From contig JBMFOP010000009.1 in assembly GCA_049969675.1 (NCBI GenBank), positions 1 to 43,587 of the forward strand: 43,587 bases of DNA, read 5' to 3'. The stretch comes from Myxococcota bacterium (lineage in GTDB: Bacteria > Myxococcota > SpSt-1050). Both the position numbers and the translations under genes were made by a program. Position 1 is the first letter of the stretch, and the number at the start of each line of letters is the position of its first letter. A model generated the notes under the pieces. It searched no databases and had not been told where the DNA came from. It saw only the letters and a program-made list of their open reading frames with translations. This document shows positions 27,018-38,305 of this stretch, piece after piece.

Positions 27018-28577
27018 TTGAAGGTGATTTATCTGGTAGTAGGAATTGTAGCACTCATTATTGGTTTCTTTACAGGTATGATTCTTCAGCATACACGAGA
27101 GCAAAAAAGCCGCAATGGTGCTATAAGGAGGGCTGAGGATATTATCAACGAGGCAAAGAAAGAGGCAGACAATATCATCAAGAACGCCCGTCTGGATATA
27201 AAGGAACTGGAGATAAAATCCAGAACAGAATTTGAAAATGAGACGAAGGAGAAGAAAGAGGAGCTGCTTCAGTATGAAAAGAGACTCAGACAGAAGGAGG
27301 AGAATCTTGAGAAAAAGGTAGATTTTTTAGACAACCGGGAGGAGGAGCTCAAGAGGAGAGAGAAAAATATCACCAGAAGAGAACAGGTGGTATCTGAGAG
27401 TGAGAAGCAATATAAAGAGCTTCTGGAACAGGCGAAGAGTCAACTTGAGAGGATAGCAGGACTATCGAGAGATGATGCAAAGAGGGAACTCATTCAGTCT
27501 CTAATGGATGAGGCAAAACTTGAGGCGGCAAAGATGATAAAGCAGATAGAACAGGAGGCAAAGGATGAGGCTGAAAAGAAGGCAAAGGAGATAATAGCAC
27601 TCGCCATTCAGAGATATGCCGGTGAGTATGTAGCCGAGCGAACAGTTACAGTAATTGACCTCCCCGATGAAGACCTGAAGGGCAGACTGATTGGAAGGGA
27701 AGGTAGAAACATACGTGCGATTGAGCAGGCAACCGGTGTGGACCTCATCATTGATGATACCCCCGAGGCAGTCGTTATATCCTCTTTTGACCCAATAAGG
27801 AGAGAGGTGGCAAGAATTGCACTTGAGAAGTTAATCGCTGACGGCAGAATTCATCCAGCAAGGATAGAAGAGGTGGTCGCCAAGACAAGGGTAGAGATTG
27901 AGAACGCCACAAGGCAGGCCGGAGAGCAGGCAGTATTTGACCTCGGAATTCACGGGATTCATCCAGAATTGGTCAAACTGATTGGAAGACTCAAATTCAG
28001 ATACTCCTATGGTCAGAACCAGTGGAAACACTCAATTGAGGTTGGCTTTCTGGCTGGAGTGATGGCAGCCGAGCTCGGATTGAATGTAAAACAGGCGAGA
28101 AGGGCTGGACTTTTACACGATATCGGTAAGGCAGTTGACCATGAGGTTGAGGGCTCACATGCCTCAATCGGGGCTGAACTCGCCAAAAAGTATGGTGAGT
28201 CCCCAAAGATTGTTCATGCAATAAAGGCGCACCACGAAGAAGAGAAGCCAGATTCAGTCCTTGATGTGATTGTACAGGCGGCGGATGCGCTCTCAGGTGC
28301 ACGCCCCGGAGCAAGACACGAGATTCTTGAGACCTATATAAAGCGACTTGAAGATATGGAGAAGATATGCGCCGGTTTTGAGGGGGTTGAAAAGGCATTT
28401 GCCATTCAGGCTGGCAGAGAGATAAGGGTGATTGTTCATAATCAGAAGGTAACTGATGATCAACTTGGTATTCTGGCTAAGGATATCTCAAAGAAGATTC
28501 AGGAGACACTTGCATATCCCGGTCAGATAAAGGTGGTTGTAATCAGAGAGAGCAGAGCAATAGAATATGCCAAGTAG
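27018..28577 (+). CDS. rny: Ribonuclease Y
   Basis: N-terminal TM segment, coiled coil, KH domain ([13 protein letters not shown]), HD domain (LLHDIGK). The start may be the GTG at 27024. Confidence 0.97.
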   Translation: MKVIYLVVGIVALIIGFFTGMILQHTREQKSRNGAIRRAEDIINEAKKEADNIIKNARLDIKELEIKSRTEFENETKEKKEELLQYEKRLRQKEENLEKKVDFLDNREEELKRREKNITRREQVVSESEKQYKELLEQAKSQLERIAGLSRDDAKRELIQSLMDEAKLEAAKMIKQIEQEAKDEAEKKAKEIIALAIQRYAGEYVAERTVTVIDLPDEDLKGRLIGREGRNIRAIEQATGVDLIIDDTPEAVVISSFDPIRREVARIALEKLIADGRIHPARIEEVVAKTRVEIENATRQAGEQAVFDLGIHGIHPELVKLIGRLKFRYSYGQNQWKHSIEVGFLAGVMAAELGLNVKQARRAGLLHDIGKAVDHEVEGSHASIGAELAKKYGESPKIVHAIKAHHEEEKPDSVLDVIVQAADALSGARPGARHEILETYIKRLEDMEKICAGFEGVEKAFAIQAGREIRVIVHNQKVTDDQLGILAKDISKKIQETLAYPGQIKVVVIRESRAIEYAK

Positions 28578-28583
28578 GTACTT

Positions 28584-29363
28584 ATGTTAAGAGGATTCTT
28601 TTTTGGTGATATAATTGGAAGGGGAGGCAGAGAGACATTAAAGAAATTTCTTTCCGAATATACCCCTGAGAGCATGCCCGATATCATTATTGCCAATGGT
28701 GAGAATGCCTCTGGCGGACTTGGAATAACTCCCAAAACAGCCATTGAATTAACGGAGGCCGGGATTGATGTCATTACTACTGGAAATCATATCTGGAGAA
28801 AGAGGGAGATGTATAACGAGATTCACCGCCTCCAGAATATAATTAGACCAGCCAACTTCCCTCCAGGACTACCTGGTATGGGATATCTCACCCTCAGAAA
28901 GAGAGATATAGAGATCGCCGTAATAAATCTGGAGGGCAGGACATATATGAATGAACTGATTGACTGCCCATTTAGAATCGGAGATGAGATTATTAAAAAC
29001 CTCTCTGGCATCAAGATAATTATTGTGGATTTTCATGCAGAGGCAACAAGCGAGAAGAGGGCTCTCGGATTTTATCTGGACTCCAGAGTCTCAATAGTCG
29101 CCGGGACACATACACATATCCAGACAGCAGATGAAGATATCCTGCCCGGTGGGACAGGGTATATAACAGATGTCGGTATGGTTGGGCCACTATACTCTGT
29201 AATAGGATTAAAAAAAGAACTCGCGGTGGATAAATTTTTGAGTAGCAGACCCAATAGATATGAGGTTGGAGAGGGTATTCAGATATTAAACGCCATCTAT
29301 TTTGAACTCTCAGAGGAGACAGGGAAGTGCACCAAAATAGAGAGAATCTCAAGGAGGTATTGA
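28584..29363 (+). CDS. ymdB: YmdB/TIGR00282 metallophosphoesterase
   Basis: [35 protein letters not shown]. Confidence 0.93.
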   Translation: MLRGFFFGDIIGRGGRETLKKFLSEYTPESMPDIIIANGENASGGLGITPKTAIELTEAGIDVITTGNHIWRKREMYNEIHRLQNIIRPANFPPGLPGMGYLTLRKRDIEIAVINLEGRTYMNELIDCPFRIGDEIIKNLSGIKIIIVDFHAEATSEKRALGFYLDSRVSIVAGTHTHIQTADEDILPGGTGYITDVGMVGPLYSVIGLKKELAVDKFLSSRPNRYEVGEGIQILNAIYFELSEETGKCTKIERISRRY

Positions 29364-29367
29364 CTCT

Positions 29368-30606
29368 ATGATGAGTGTGGATGATACAATAAACAAAATA
29401 CTAAGGGGCGTGGTGGATATAGTCTCAAGGGAGGAGTTGGAGGAGCGGATAATAGACTCACAGAAGAACAATAGGCCGCTTGTAATAAAGGCGGGATTTG
29501 ACCCAACCGCACCTGATCTGCATCTTGGACATACAATCATACTTAACAAGATGAGACAATTTCAAGAGATGGGGCATCGAGTGGTATTTGTGGTAGGTGA
29601 TTTTACAGCTATGATAGGAGACCCAACAGGTAAGAATATCACCCGTCCACCACTCAGTCGTGAGCAGGTACTTGAATCCGCAAAGACCTATACCCAGCAG
29701 GTATATAAGATTCTGGATAAAGAGAAGACAGAGATTCGTTTCAACTCAGAATGGCTCTCAAAACTCGGGGCAGAGGGTATTATCAGACTCGCTGCAAAAT
29801 ACAATGTTGCAAGGATGCTTGAAAGGGACGACTTCAAGAAGAGATATACCTCTGGAATTTCTATATCAATTCACGAATTTCTATATCCTCTATTGCAGGC
29901 ATACGACTCCGTAGCACTCAATTGTGATATAGAGCTGGGAGGGAGTGACCAGCTATTCAACCTGCTGGTCGCAAGAGAGATTCAGAAGGAGTATAATCAG
30001 AGAGAACAGATAGTTATGACGATGCCTCTTCTGGAGGGGCTGGATGCACGTATGATTGATGGAAGACTAACCGGCAATAAGATGAGTAAATCGCTCGGCA
30101 ACTATGTGGGAATTAATGAGTCACCCGATACAATGTTTGGCAAGTTGATGTCTATCAGCGATGAACTGATGTGGAGATATTATGAATTGTTGAGCAGAAG
30201 GTCTATAGAGGAGATAAAAGAGTTGTATGAGGAGTGTAAATCAGGGAAGAAGAATCCAATGGAGGCAAAGAAACTACTCGCAAAGGAGATAGTGGCTCGA
30301 TTCCATTCAGAGACTGATGCTGATAAGGCGCTAAATAACTTTACAGAGGTCTTCTCAAAGAGGCAGATCCCCGATAAGATGGAGGAATTTACTATCAGCA
30401 CAGAGGGAGGTGATTCCATCTGGATATGTAAGGCACTTGCCACAACCAAAACCATCAAATCTACCAGCGATGCAAAACGTCTGATTGAACAGGGCGGGCT
30501 ATATATAAATAATGAAAGAATAACTGATCCAAAATTCAATATCGGCAAAGGTTCATATATTGTTAAAGTTGGGAAGAAACTTTATATTAAACTCAATATT
30601 GTATAG
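29368..30606 (+). CDS. tyrS: Tyrosine--tRNA ligase
   Basis: [32 protein letters not shown]-terminal S4 domain. Confidence 0.98.
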   Translation: MMSVDDTINKILRGVVDIVSREELEERIIDSQKNNRPLVIKAGFDPTAPDLHLGHTIILNKMRQFQEMGHRVVFVVGDFTAMIGDPTGKNITRPPLSREQVLESAKTYTQQVYKILDKEKTEIRFNSEWLSKLGAEGIIRLAAKYNVARMLERDDFKKRYTSGISISIHEFLYPLLQAYDSVALNCDIELGGSDQLFNLLVAREIQKEYNQREQIVMTMPLLEGLDARMIDGRLTGNKMSKSLGNYVGINESPDTMFGKLMSISDELMWRYYELLSRRSIEEIKELYEECKSGKKNPMEAKKLLAKEIVARFHSETDADKALNNFTEVFSKRQIPDKMEEFTISTEGGDSIWICKALATTKTIKSTSDAKRLIEQGGLYINNERITDPKFNIGKGSYIVKVGKKLYIKLNIV

Positions 30607-30618
30607 GAGGGATTGGGC

Positions 30619-30885
30619 TTGAGTAAGAGAAGAGAAGACTTTGAATCCAGAATGAAGAGGCTTGAAGAGATTACAAATAAATTGGAGAGTGGACAGCTCG
30701 GGCTTGAAGAGTCCATAGAGGCATATAAAGAAGGGATTGAACTTGCCCGTTCTCTTGTAATAACTCTCAAAGAGGCAGAGAAGAAGATTCAACTCATTCA
30801 GAAAGAGGGGATATCCGAATTTGACAACATTGAGGAGTTTGACAGAAAGACTATTGAGATAACAGAAGAGGAAGATGAGAAATAG
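30619..30885 (+). CDS. xseB: Exodeoxyribonuclease VII small subunit
   Basis: FE..M.RLEEI..KLESG.L.LEESI..Y.EG; TTG 8 nt after AGGAGG. Confidence 0.92.
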   Translation: MSKRREDFESRMKRLEEITNKLESGQLGLEESIEAYKEGIELARSLVITLKEAEKKIQLIQKEGISEFDNIEEFDRKTIEITEEEDEK

Positions 30886-31246
30886 ACTTGTATCCATAGT
30901 TGATGACGATATTGCATTTGCCAGAGAGCTGTCAAATAGATTGAGAGAGAAAGGTCTTGAGACAGTGATAATTGGAGGCGGTATGGAGCTGATATCTGTA
31001 TTGAATATAGATGTGCCTGATGTTATAATAATAGATACTATGTTAAACTGGATTGATTCAAGAGAGTTAATTGGTGCACTCAAAAAGAACCCAACACTCA
31101 AAAATATAAAGGTCTTTCTGGTCACCGAGCAAAAGGCAGCAGAATCTATAAATGATAATAATCTTAAAATATTTCAAAAAGTGACAGATACTGACTTACT
31201 CATTAAAAAAATTATAGAGGAGAATGATAGTGATGAGACTTCTTAA
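30875..31246 (+). CDS. Single-domain response regulator (REC)
   Basis: IVDDD, PDVIIID, FLVT and a conserved Lys. Confidence 0.8.
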   Translation: MRNRLVSIVDDDIAFARELSNRLREKGLETVIIGGGMELISVLNIDVPDVIIIDTMLNWIDSRELIGALKKNPTLKNIKVFLVTEQKAAESINDNNLKIFQKVTDTDLLIKKIIEENDSDETS

Positions 31247-33167
31247 TAAAATAAATGATGTAGAAGACCTCAAAAAAATCCCTGTTGAAGACCTACCTGC
31301 ACTTGCAGAAGAGATAAGGGAGTTTATTATAGAGGTTGTCTCGAAAAATGGTGGACATCTGGCAAGCTCTCTCGGTGTGGTGGAGCTCACAATCGCCCTT
31401 CATTACACATTTGATATCAACAAGGACAGGATTGTATGGGATACCGGTCACCAATCTTATGCCCATAAGATTCTCACAGGCAGGAGGGATATATTTCATA
31501 CCCTCAGACAATATAAAGGAATAAGCGGATTCACAAGTATCAAAGAAAGTAAATTTGATGTCTTTGGAACCGGACATGCATCTACATCCATCTCTGCTGC
31601 ACTCGGAATCGCCGAGGGGTTGAGACTGACAGGGAGGGAAGGGAAGACAATCGCCATCATTGGAGATGGAGGGATGAGTTCAGGCCTTGCATTTGAGGGA
31701 CTCAACAACGCCGGCCATTATGAGAAGAATCTAATAGTTATATTGAACGACAATGAGATGTCAATAGGACCAAATACCGGCGCCCTCTCAAAGTGGTTCT
31801 CAAGAAAGTTTGCATCCGGTACTTTTTCAGAGACAAGACAGAAGATAAAAGGGCTGCTCTCAAAGGTACCATCTCTTACAAATGAAGGTATAATGCTTGC
31901 CAGAAGGGTAATAAATTCTTCCAAGGTCCTGCTTACACCCGGAATCCTCTTTGAAGGGCTCAACTTTCAATATATCGGTCCCATTGATGGCCACAACATA
32001 TTTGAACTTCTGGAGATATTAAAAGAGATAAAGAGGCTGGATGGACCAATACTGATTCATATCTGCACACAGAAGGGGAGAGGCTATCGGCACGCCGAAT
32101 TGAATCCAGAGAAATTTCATGGGATATCCGCCTTTAATATAAGCACAGGTGATAAGGTCAACACAGGTACCCTGAAAAAGACATTTACAGAGATATTTTC
32201 AGATACAATAGTGGAGATTGCCAGTAATGATAAATCCGTCGTGGCAATTACTGCTGCTATGACAGATGGCTGTGGTCTTAAAAAATTTAAGAACTGCTTT
32301 CCAGACAGATTTTATGATGTCGGGATAGCCGAACCACATGCAGTCACATTCGCCGCCGGACTTGCCACTCAGGGCTTAAAACCAGTCGTCTGCATATATT
32401 CAACCTTCTTACAACGAGCATTTGATATGATAATTCATGATGTGGCATTGCAAAATCTAAATGTAATCTTTGCGATAGACCGTGCAGGCATAGTGGGTGA
32501 GGATGGACCAACACACAATGGGGTCTTTGACCTCTCATATCTCTCGCTCATTCCAAACATAAAGATAATTGCCCCCTGTGACGAATATGAAATGAAAGAG
32601 GCTTTTAAATATGCAATCAAGAACAATGGACCTGTGGCAATCAGATATCCAAGAGCAATAGCAGAAAATTACAATATTCATATCATTCACAAGCCGATTG
32701 AAAATGAAGAAGGTGAAATCGTATATGGGACTTATGACTCGGGCTCAGATGTCTTAATTGTTACTGCTGGTTCAATGCTATATGAATCAATAATGGCTGC
32801 GCGCCTCCTTGAAAAGGAGAATCTCTCAGTTACCGTATTTAATTCACGCTTTGTAAAACCACCTGATAAAGAGCGGATTAAAAGATTATCCCGATTTTCT
32901 GACAATATAATAACAATTGAGGAGAACACAGTAATTGGTGGACTCGGTTCAAATGTCAATCAGATATTAATTGAAGATAATTTAAGGAACAGGAATATCT
33001 TGAATATCGGTATTCCAGATAGATTTATAGAACATGGACCAAGGGAGATAATCCTGAACGAGATAGGGCTTACCTACAAAAAGATGGCTGAGAGAATAAA
33101 AATATTTATTAAAGAAAGTAAAAAGAACAATATCATAAATTACCCCATAAGTAAGAATGAGCGATAA
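31224..33167 (+). CDS. dxs: 1-deoxy-D-xylulose-5-phosphate synthase
   Basis: GGHLASSLG, GHQSY.HK, GDG...NDN TPP motif, YSTFLQRA.D, DGPTH.G. Confidence 0.98.
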   Translation: MIVMRLLNKINDVEDLKKIPVEDLPALAEEIREFIIEVVSKNGGHLASSLGVVELTIALHYTFDINKDRIVWDTGHQSYAHKILTGRRDIFHTLRQYKGISGFTSIKESKFDVFGTGHASTSISAALGIAEGLRLTGREGKTIAIIGDGGMSSGLAFEGLNNAGHYEKNLIVILNDNEMSIGPNTGALSKWFSRKFASGTFSETRQKIKGLLSKVPSLTNEGIMLARRVINSSKVLLTPGILFEGLNFQYIGPIDGHNIFELLEILKEIKRLDGPILIHICTQKGRGYRHAELNPEKFHGISAFNISTGDKVNTGTLKKTFTEIFSDTIVEIASNDKSVVAITAAMTDGCGLKKFKNCFPDRFYDVGIAEPHAVTFAAGLATQGLKPVVCIYSTFLQRAFDMIIHDVALQNLNVIFAIDRAGIVGEDGPTHNGVFDLSYLSLIPNIKIIAPCDEYEMKEAFKYAIKNNGPVAIRYPRAIAENYNIHIIHKPIENEEGEIVYGTYDSGSDVLIVTAGSMLYESIMAARLLEKENLSVTVFNSRFVKPPDKERIKRLSRFSDNIITIEENTVIGGLGSNVNQILIEDNLRNRNILNIGIPDRFIEHGPREIILNEIGLTYKKMAERIKIFIKESKKNNIINYPISKNER

Positions 33168-33218
33168 TAAGACGAGGACATTGCTGAAACTATTCTTTAC
33201 AGATGAAGAAAAGATGGA

Positions 33219-34775
33219 GTGAATCCCTTGCTGATTGAAATGACCGAACAGATTGCCGAGGCTTACCACCTGATGGAGCATAGTTCAGAAAATCTCTTTT
33301 TAACCGGCAGGGCAGGAACAGGTAAATCAACTCTTTTGAAATACTTTATTGAAAATACTAAAAAAAATGTCGTAGTCCTTGCACCTACAGGTGTCGCCGC
33401 CCTCAATGTAGGCGGTCAGACCATTCATTCCTTCTTCAGATTCAAAATAGATATCACACTTGATAAGATTGAAAGAATTCCGAAATATGCTCAAAAGCTC
33501 TACAAATCCATTGACACCATAGTCATAGATGAGATCTCAATGGTAAGAGCCGACCTCTTTGACTGCATTGACAAGTTTTTAAGACTGAACGGAAAAAAGA
33601 AGAATATGCCCTTTGGAGGTGCACAGATAATTCTCATTGGAGATATATACCAGCTCCCACCAGTAGTTAAAGGTGTTGAGAAAGAGATATTTAGAGAGTT
33701 ATATAAGAGCCAGTATTTCTTTGATTCAAATGCCTTTAGAAATTCAGATTTTAGATATATTGAACTTGAAAAGATATTCAGACAAAAGGACCAAAATTTT
33801 ATTGATATCTTAAATGCTATTAGAAAAAATAGGATAACGGATGAACAGTTAATGCTCCTCAATTCAAGGGTTGATGAAGACTTTATCCCTTCCGAGAGAG
33901 ATATGTATATACAACTTACCACCACAAATGATATTGCAGATAAGATCAATAATACTGAACTCTCAAGGATAGATTCAGAACTCCACACATTTATCGGCAA
34001 TATAACTGGAGAATTTGATGAAAAATTATTGCCGACAGATATTGAACTTAACCTTAAGATTGGTGCTCAGATAATGCTTGTAAATAATGACCCTGATGGT
34101 AGATGGGTAAATGGAACACTCGGAAGAGTTATTGGTTTTGATGAGTTAGCAGATGAGGAACTTATTATTGTAGAGCTTGAAAACAGAGATATAGTAGAGG
34201 TCACATCTTATACATGGAAGATAATAAGATACAACTATGACAGAGAAAGGAAGAGGATAATTACCGAACAGATAGGCTCTTTCAGTCAATTCCCGATTCT
34301 CCTCGCGTGGGCAATCACCATTCATAAGAGTCAGGGGAAGACATTTGAGAAGGCAATAATTGATATCGGTCAGAGGACATTTGCCCATGGGCAATTATAT
34401 GTAGCTCTCTCCCGTTGCAAAAGCCTCTCAGGAATTATACTCAGACGACCGATTGAAAAGAGGCATATAATTATGGATAGGAGAGTTGTAGACTTTGTAA
34501 CAAGTTTCCAATATAAAGAGGCAGAAAGGATACTCCCTGAGTGTGAAAAGATTAAAATACTGGAAAATGCCATTGAGAAAAATGAAAATGTAGTCATTAC
34601 TTACTTAAAAAAGACAGATGAAAAATCAGTTAGAGAGATAAGACCCATAGCAATTGGGGAGATGGAATTCAACAAAATAAAATTCATTGGACTGAGGGCA
34701 ATTGATATCCAGAAAGGCGAAGAGCGTCATTTTAGAATAGATAGAATACTTTTCATTGAAGAAGAAAAGGAATAG
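33219..34775 (+). CDS. Pif1-family DNA helicase with C-terminal WYL domain
   Basis: TGRAGTGKS, APTGVAA, DEISMV, QLPPV, AWAITIHKSQG, GQLYVALSR; C-terminal I.Y....S.R.I.P......ERHFRIDRI (WYL). Confidence 0.9.
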   Translation: MNPLLIEMTEQIAEAYHLMEHSSENLFLTGRAGTGKSTLLKYFIENTKKNVVVLAPTGVAALNVGGQTIHSFFRFKIDITLDKIERIPKYAQKLYKSIDTIVIDEISMVRADLFDCIDKFLRLNGKKKNMPFGGAQIILIGDIYQLPPVVKGVEKEIFRELYKSQYFFDSNAFRNSDFRYIELEKIFRQKDQNFIDILNAIRKNRITDEQLMLLNSRVDEDFIPSERDMYIQLTTTNDIADKINNTELSRIDSELHTFIGNITGEFDEKLLPTDIELNLKIGAQIMLVNNDPDGRWVNGTLGRVIGFDELADEELIIVELENRDIVEVTSYTWKIIRYNYDRERKRIITEQIGSFSQFPILLAWAITIHKSQGKTFEKAIIDIGQRTFAHGQLYVALSRCKSLSGIILRRPIEKRHIIMDRRVVDFVTSFQYKEAERILPECEKIKILENAIEKNENVVITYLKKTDEKSVREIRPIAIGEMEFNKIKFIGLRAIDIQKGEERHFRIDRILFIEEEKE

Positions 34776-34776
34776 A

Positions 34777-34952
34777 GCGGAAGAAAGTAAGGGCCAAAGT
34801 GCGGAAGAGATGAAGTGCGGAAGTAAAGAAAATAATACTCTACAATTTTACATAAAGTAATAAAGTAAAATTTAAATTAACAATATAAGAAGAAGAAAAG
34901 CATTTAGGCTCTCTATTAATTTCCCAAATTCCGTGCTTCCGTTCTTCCACGC
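34777..34952. repeat. Degenerate 8-nt-period short repeats, inverted at the two ends of a convergent intergenic region
   Basis: GCGGAAG x3 (34777, 34801, 34817) versus TTCCGTGC-TTCCGTTC-TTCCACGC (34929-34952). Confidence 0.5.
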
Positions 34953-37900
34953 TATTTACAGAAGCAGTATTTGCTTATATTATATTCACAAATAGATGGA
35001 GATGGACAACCATTATTTGGACAGGGTTCTGAACAGATATTGGGAGTAGCTGGATTATTATCCGCATCTACACATTTCAATGGAGATTGACAGTCCAGAT
35101 CATTATTACATTCCCCACACATAACCTGTGTTCCGCCACCAGTAATACAATCACATATGTTGTCTACAATTTGACACTTCCCGAAGAGTCCATCCTGATA
35201 ACAGGTATCAGACCTGCATTCGGGATTTGAATACTTATCACACCTATTGCAATCACAGCTCTTTGTATCGGGATTGCACTTTAAGTTGAGAGGACATTCA
35301 TAATCTGAGGAGCAGGAACGGGTACATACCTTCGGTGTTAATGGGTCATTATCTGAATCTATACACTCAAACCCAATCCCACACTCATTATTATCCTTAC
35401 AACTCTTACAATAATCTCTCAGACACATGCAGACTGGAACGGGGAGATTTGCATTATTATTGCAGAGCATAGGAGATGGGCAATCACCACAGGGTTTGGT
35501 ACAAATCTTCGGTGTATTCGGGTTGACATCATCATCTGCACATATAAATCCAGATGGACAGTCATTATTGGTCTCACACTTTGTCTCACAAAGATTTATA
35601 CCACTATCATTGCAGATACAATATTTACTGATATTGTTATCACAATAAGTATAGACCGGACTGGTGGGACAGGGATAAATAGAAGGGCAAACCCTTGTAC
35701 ATACATTTGGGGTATTAGCATTATTATCGTCATCTGCACATACAAATCCCTGAGGGCATTCCTGATCAGATGAACACTTCTGACATACATCTGCAATCGG
35801 ATGTTCCTTACAGGTACAGACCTTATCACATTTTGCATTCTGAACAGGTGTACATATCATATTTTCTGGACATTCTTTATTATCATTACAACAATGTGTA
35901 CACTCCCCTACTCCATCATTATCTACATCAAAACAATCAGGGAGTGAATTATTTGTCTTTGTGATACACTGAGGTATATTGAATCCCTGCTGATTACAAC
36001 TTACATTATCGGTATCAAAATGGATGCACGGACAGGCACAATAACTCTTATCTCCATATTGAATGCACATAGAGTAATCAGATGGACACTCCTTTGCATC
36101 CAGACAGCTCTTTGTACATCTTTTGACACCATACATATCGGGCATACATAGGTCAAATTCACCATTTGAATTGGTTATACAATCCTGATTGTCATTGCAC
36201 TCATAATTACAATCTATTTTGACCGTCGGATGTCTGCACAGACAGTATTTACTGATACTGGAGTCACAATAAGTATATACTGGCGAGGTCGGGCATATAC
36301 CCATCAGTCCACAGGGGACAGAGCATACCTTCGGGGTGTTGGGGTTATTGTCTTCATCTACACAGCTCTCATTTGGACCACAATCCGAATCAGATTGACA
36401 CTCCACACACAGATTTGGCCTCGGTGGCTCTTTACACATACACGCCTTTGTGCACTTGTCATTTAATGGATACGGAAGGTTATAGCAATGCAATCCTTCT
36501 GGACAATCCTTATCATCCAGACAGCAAAGGCTACACTCTCCCAATGAATCATTGTTTATATCCACACAATCGGTGAGCGAACCAAAGGTAATGTTATTGC
36601 AATGCTGGTTGTACATACCAATCGGAGAACAATGAGCCTGCACATTATCTGCATTTACACACGGACAGATACAGACTCCCCGCTCCTCTCCCATCTTTAC
36701 ACACAGGTCAAATGGGTCTTTACAATCGGCTGCAGATTGACAACTCTGAGTACAGAAACTATTCCCATACATATCTGTTCTACAGAGAGGAAATTGTCCG
36801 GCGGTTTGATTTATACAATCCTGATTGTCATTGCAGTTCATATTACATTCAATATCAATAGGACCACAGACACATCTCTTGTCAAAGACCTCCGCGCCAT
36901 TATACTCAACCATAATTGACTCTATATGGCAGATACCCTCTTTTCCTTCGGGAGTCTTACAATTACCTGTGCAATCTGCACTACATACCTCAGGGAAGCA
37001 ACCACACTTATATTTACCTGTTGAACTATCATATAGATACTGACACTTACCTACACCCCCACCTACCATTTTGCACTTTGTCTCCCTACAGGTAGGATTA
37101 TTCAATTCGGAACAGGGCTGATAATGAATTGGACCCACTATAATAAAATGTCCAAACAGCTCTTCATTTTTTTCAAAGGTTAACATCAGGTCATAGATAT
37201 CTGAATCCGTTTCAGGAAGATTAATCAGAAAACTTGCAGCATCATATTTATACACAAAGTCCTTATTGGGATTTATGGTAATCAAGACATCCCTATTCTT
37301 TGGATCTTCTATCCTAAAAGAGAAGTATCCTTCATTATTTGCATTTGTAGTAATTGTGCTTAAAACATCAAATTCAAAGCAATGAACAATTACATCCCCA
37401 TCTTTTTGATCTTCAGAGAAGAATAGACTCTTCTTTTTATCCTTCTTTGGGGGATTTGCGGGCTTATCAATTATAATTTCTGCACCGGGTACAGGTTCAG
37501 ATTTTTCAGTCATTACAGCCTTTGTAGTAGCAGTTATAAAGGCATCCAGTGCCTTCTTGGCATCTGCCTTCTTTACAGGTAGTTTATTCAATTGTTCCTT
37601 TGGATTTACCATAAAATATCCATCATAAAATGAAAGAATAAATCTGAAGTTGGTAATATTGTATTTATAAAAACTCAGAAGATTCTTATTTACCTTTATT
37701 GTTTCATTAAAACCATCTGGTGGTGTAATTGTAAAGATGATATCAAAATACTCTGGCAGTTTCTCCAACTCTTCACTGGTTATCTCTACTACAAATTCTC
37801 CATTTTCATCAGATATAATGTTATTATTTATACCACCATTTTTAAGTATTACATCAAACTGTGTCTTCTCCGCTGGACCAGGCTCATGCATACCTGATCC

Positions 37901-38197
37901 TGTAGAACCCGCATCTTTGGAATTAGCCTTTTTGACCTTGCCAAAATCCACACTTATTCTGGCACCCGATACAGATTTGGCACCTTCAAAGGATATAGTC
38001 TCACCTGTTGAACAAAGCGACTCCTCTTCGGCATCCATACCACCATCTAACACACCACTATCTTTGGTAAAGGTATCAGACAATACAATATCTGTTATAC
38101 AGATCTGTGCGTCCGTGTTTGTGCAGCGATTATCTTCACCTGTACAGGCAGATGAACATATTCCAACCACTACCAATAATAAAAACAACTTTTTCAT
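34952..38197 (-). CDS. Large Cys-rich repetitive lipoprotein
   Basis: Lipobox-like SSAC; C-terminal ~700 aa packed with Cys, five CxDxDxxxxTPx(V/I)C motifs and a ~210-aa duplication; RBS GGAGG. Confidence 0.85.
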   Translation of the reverse strand: MKKLFLLLVVVGICSSACTGEDNRCTNTDAQICITDIVLSDTFTKDSGVLDGGMDAEEESLCSTGETISFEGAKSVSGARISVDFGKVKKANSKDAGSTGSGMHEPGPAEKTQFDVILKNGGINNNIISDENGEFVVEITSEELEKLPEYFDIIFTITPPDGFNETIKVNKNLLSFYKYNITNFRFILSFYDGYFMVNPKEQLNKLPVKKADAKKALDAFITATTKAVMTEKSEPVPGAEIIIDKPANPPKKDKKKSLFFSEDQKDGDVIVHCFEFDVLSTITTNANNEGYFSFRIEDPKNRDVLITINPNKDFVYKYDAASFLINLPETDSDIYDLMLTFEKNEELFGHFIIVGPIHYQPCSELNNPTCRETKCKMVGGGVGKCQYLYDSSTGKYKCGCFPEVCSADCTGNCKTPEGKEGICHIESIMVEYNGAEVFDKRCVCGPIDIECNMNCNDNQDCINQTAGQFPLCRTDMYGNSFCTQSCQSAADCKDPFDLCVKMGEERGVCICPCVNADNVQAHCSPIGMYNQHCNNITFGSLTDCVDINNDSLGECSLCCLDDKDCPEGLHCYNLPYPLNDKCTKACMCKEPPRPNLCVECQSDSDCGPNESCVDEDNNPNTPKVCSVPCGLMGICPTSPVYTYCDSSISKYCLCRHPTVKIDCNYECNDNQDCITNSNGEFDLCMPDMYGVKRCTKSCLDAKECPSDYSMCIQYGDKSYCACPCIHFDTDNVSCNQQGFNIPQCITKTNNSLPDCFDVDNDGVGECTHCCNDNKECPENMICTPVQNAKCDKVCTCKEHPIADVCQKCSSDQECPQGFVCADDDNNANTPNVCTRVCPSIYPCPTSPVYTYCDNNISKYCICNDSGINLCETKCETNNDCPSGFICADDDVNPNTPKICTKPCGDCPSPMLCNNNANLPVPVCMCLRDYCKSCKDNNECGIGFECIDSDNDPLTPKVCTRSCSSDYECPLNLKCNPDTKSCDCNRCDKYSNPECRSDTCYQDGLFGKCQIVDNICDCITGGGTQVMCGECNNDLDCQSPLKCVDADNNPATPNICSEPCPNNGCPSPSICEYNISKYCFCK

Positions 38198-38280
38198 AAA
38201 AACCTCCCACGCTAAAAGGCAACTATCTTTTACACTTATTACATTGTTTGGTCAACCTAAATAATCTAAATAATCCCTTC

Positions 38281-38296
38281 TGTGATAAAAATCACA
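38281..38296. promoter_or_regulatory. CRP-type palindrome
   Basis: Perfect TGTGA-N6-TCACA about 85 bp upstream of the Cys-rich gene. Confidence 0.55.
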
Positions 38297-38305
38297 CCTC
38301 TCCAA

